Both the position numbers and the translations under genes were made by a program. Shown here one piece after another: positions 61,290-64,000 of a stretch of 64,000 nt of DNA. Each line of letters starts with the position of its first letter. Within the stretch, counting starts at the first letter, position 1. A model generated the notes under the pieces. The model made no database searches. It was given only the letters and a program-made list of their open reading frames with translations, and had not been told where the DNA came from. Origin of the DNA: an uncultured delta proteobacterium. Its GTDB lineage: Bacteria; Myxococcota_A; Polyangia; Fen-1088. Where the stretch lies: contig CAWCMR010000008.1 of NCBI GenBank assembly GCA_963796685.1, forward strand, positions 192,001-256,000, written 5' to 3'.

Positions 61290-63860
61290 ATGACAACTAC
61301 AGGTTCTTCTCGAATCATCGCGACGACAAAAGCTCTTTCTCCGACGCTGCTGCTTGGAGCAGTCTTTCTGCTTGGCGGGCATGCCTGCCAATCCGGCGGC
61401 ACCATCGGCCCGTCTGTTGCTGGAAACTCCGGCCATGGTGGCAGTGGCAAGGGCGGCGGCGGCGTCTCGGGCGGCGGCGGTACCGGCGGACTCACGCTCA
61501 CCACCGTGACCGTGGGCTCAAAGGAGAGTTGCGGAAATGGCAGCTTGGACCCGGGCGAGCAGTGCGATGATGGAAACACGACGAGCGGCGACGGATGCAA
61601 TGCGCTTTGCCAGCTCGAAGCCAACTACGTATGCAGGACGCCTGGGCAGCCCTGCACGAATCTCGCGGCGTGTGGCAACGGAGTCTTGACCTCCGACGAG
61701 ACCTGCGACGACGGCAACACGGTCAGTGGCGATGGTTGCTCGGGAGACTGCAAGACCGTCGAGGACGGCTATGTGTGTCGCGTGCCGGGCAAGGCGTGCA
61801 CCCCCAAGTGCGGAGACGGCCAGCTCAAAGGCTCGGAGAACTGCGACGACGGCAACGACGCCAGCGGCGACGGCTGCTCGAGCACGTGCCAAATCGAGCC
61901 AGGCTATACCTGCCCGACACTCGGACAGCCCTGTATCCAGTCCGTGTGCGGGAACGGCAAGCTGGAAACCGGCGAGCTGTGTGACTGCGGCACCGACCCC
62001 AAGAATCTTCCCAGCGGTTGCAAGGCGGTCAACGGGCTCTTCTACGGAGACGGCAAGGGGTGCTCGAAGACCTGCACGAAAGAGCCGACTTGCCAGGACA
62101 GCAGCGGCAAGACCCAGGCCTGCACCTCGACCTGCGGCGACGGCAACTTGGATCCGGGGGAAGACTGCGACGACGGCAATCTGGCCGACGGTGATGGGTG
62201 CTCCTCGCACTGCACGAAAGAGGACGGTTTCACTTGCACGACCAAGACCTACCAGGACTCCTCACCTTGCACGCAGACTACCGGGCAGTGTCTCGAATTG
62301 CCCATCATCTACCGCGACTTCAAACCCCAGAACCTGACCCCGGACGGTCATCCGGATTTCTACTTCTACGGTTCCAAGGACGCGAGCGGCAACAAGACCA
62401 TCTGCGTTCCCAATTCCGGCGGTCCGGCGAAGGGCAACGATTCGACGGCCCGTTGCTGGGGCATCGTGGCTCCCAACTTGCTCAATGGCAAACCGCAACC
62501 GGGACCTACCACGACCTGCACATGTCAATTCAGCGACTGGAACATCAGCAATTCAAGCCATATCCCGGGTGGGTACACCCAGGCCAACAACGACAGTCCT
62601 CTGTCCAACGGAAACGGCGGCTATATTCCGTCGGTGACCGCCTATACGACGGGCTCCCCTGGCGGGCCGATTGTGAAGGGGGTCATGGTCCCCACCTACT
62701 CCAGCACCAAGAGCTTCTCGCAGTGGTGGAACGACGATAGCACGGTCAACCAGACCTTCACGTCGGTGCTCGAGATGCCGTCGATCGGTACCAACATCTA
62801 CCAGTACGCCAGCACGTCGCATTTGGCCCAAGGGGGCTTCTTCCCCCTCGATACCCTGAATCCCAGCGAAGCAACCTTGTGCAACCTGTGGCCGTATTGG
62901 AACAGGAGCGACGGCAAGACGCCCATCTGGAGCACTTGCACCGGCGATCAATATCTATTTCCACCTCGCGTCGTTCAATCCGATTGCCCGAATCAGAACC
63001 CGCTCAGCAACGGCTGCTGGGTCACCGCAATCCCGGGCGTCAAGCACGACTCCTACTTCACGGACGAGGCGCGTTACTACTTCGTCTACGACGGCACCAA
63101 TGGTATCACGCTCCAGTTCTTCGGCGACGACGATCTCTATATCTTCATCAACGGCGTTCTCGTCCTCGATTTGGGCAGCGTCCACCAGCAGTTGCCCGGC
63201 AAGGTGGTCGTCACGGGCGATCCGGGTGACGCGCAGGTGACGGAAGGCGGGTGCCTCGATGCAGCCGGCAACATCACCGGTGTCACCGTGGGCTCGAGTG
63301 CCTGCTCCCCGACCAACACCACCCCTCCCACCGCGACGACACCGGATGACTTCCGGGTCCGCACGGTCCCCTTGGGCCTCAACACCGGCAAGGTCTACGA
63401 GATTGCCATCTTCGGCGGCGACCGTCATCCACCCGAGTCGAACTACCAACTCACCCTCAATGGCTACACCACCAAGCGATCGATCTGCACCCCACGCTGC
63501 GGGGATGGAATCGTATCCGGCGGCGAGGAGTGCGACTGTGGCGACGGCTCGGTGCCGACCCCCTCGGGTTGCTCGGGACCGAACAACGACTCCACCTACG
63601 GCGGTTGCACGACCCAGTGCAAATTCGGACCATTCTGCGGCGACGGTACCGTGCAGAGTCCACCCGAGGACTGCGACCTCGGCAAGCAGAATGGGGACAC
63701 CACCCTGGGTTCCTCCGGATGCACGATCGGCTGCACCAAGCCCCACTACTGCGGCGATGGCATCGTCGACACCAACCTAGGCGAGCAATGCGACCTGGGC
63801 GCCAACAACGGCCAGCCGGGACAGCCGTGCGACAGCCAGTGCAACTACGTCATTCAGTAG
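61290..63860 (+). CDS. Fibro-slime/PA14 domain lipoprotein with Myxococcus Cys-rich (DUF4215) repeats
   Basis: SD GGAGG, lipobox GHAC, many CGxG....E.CDDGN..SGDGC repeats, IYRDF..HPDF, FTDE..YF, FFGDDDLYIFING. Confidence 0.88.
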   Translation: MTTTGSSRIIATTKALSPTLLLGAVFLLGGHACQSGGTIGPSVAGNSGHGGSGKGGGGVSGGGGTGGLTLTTVTVGSKESCGNGSLDPGEQCDDGNTTSGDGCNALCQLEANYVCRTPGQPCTNLAACGNGVLTSDETCDDGNTVSGDGCSGDCKTVEDGYVCRVPGKACTPKCGDGQLKGSENCDDGNDASGDGCSSTCQIEPGYTCPTLGQPCIQSVCGNGKLETGELCDCGTDPKNLPSGCKAVNGLFYGDGKGCSKTCTKEPTCQDSSGKTQACTSTCGDGNLDPGEDCDDGNLADGDGCSSHCTKEDGFTCTTKTYQDSSPCTQTTGQCLELPIIYRDFKPQNLTPDGHPDFYFYGSKDASGNKTICVPNSGGPAKGNDSTARCWGIVAPNLLNGKPQPGPTTTCTCQFSDWNISNSSHIPGGYTQANNDSPLSNGNGGYIPSVTAYTTGSPGGPIVKGVMVPTYSSTKSFSQWWNDDSTVNQTFTSVLEMPSIGTNIYQYASTSHLAQGGFFPLDTLNPSEATLCNLWPYWNRSDGKTPIWSTCTGDQYLFPPRVVQSDCPNQNPLSNGCWVTAIPGVKHDSYFTDEARYYFVYDGTNGITLQFFGDDDLYIFINGVLVLDLGSVHQQLPGKVVVTGDPGDAQVTEGGCLDAAGNITGVTVGSSACSPTNTTPPTATTPDDFRVRTVPLGLNTGKVYEIAIFGGDRHPPESNYQLTLNGYTTKRSICTPRCGDGIVSGGEECDCGDGSVPTPSGCSGPNNDSTYGGCTTQCKFGPFCGDGTVQSPPEDCDLGKQNGDTTLGSSGCTIGCTKPHYCGDGIVDTNLGEQCDLGANNGQPGQPCDSQCNYVIQ

Positions 63861-64000
63861 GGCAAGGAACGCCGTACCACCGCGACAATCGGGGTGCGCG
63901 GGTCATTAGTTGTCCTGCGCACCCTGGCAGACCCAGTTGATCATCGTCCGAATCTCGGCCGGAGCGAGCTGGCCGTTCTGCGGCATCGTGCCGACACAAC

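Overview
GC-rich bacterial DNA, most likely Myxococcota (Polyangia-like), judged from gltC, a MYXO-CTERM-type signal, Cys-rich DUF4215/fibro-slime proteins and a VegA-like protein. Bases 1-26.4 kb are mostly housekeeping and envelope genes (ettA, two GT-C glycosyltransferases, etfBA, moxR-DUF58-transglutaminase, truA, plsC/pssA, M23 peptidase, zapA, PilZ) ending in tRNA-Lys and tRNA-Glu. A patchwork accessory region follows (gene fragments, histone-like protein, GH27 galactosidase with AraC, vapBC), then gltC, a plant-type phosphoglucan water dikinase coupled to a metal-binding TIM-barrel gene, a giant S8 protease and ppc. At 50.4-56.7 kb is an 8-gene operon (degenerate mvhD, BigR/SqrR-type persulfide sensor, tusA, two complementary hdrA genes, small wHTH, qmoC-like, dsrE) with no aprAB or hdrB. 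That operon and the dikinase pair are the best candidates for undescribed systems. Seven single-base frameshifts sit at AGCT- or GATC-containing motifs and look like methylation-linked sequencing errors. All family assignments come from motif recognition by eye, not database searches.
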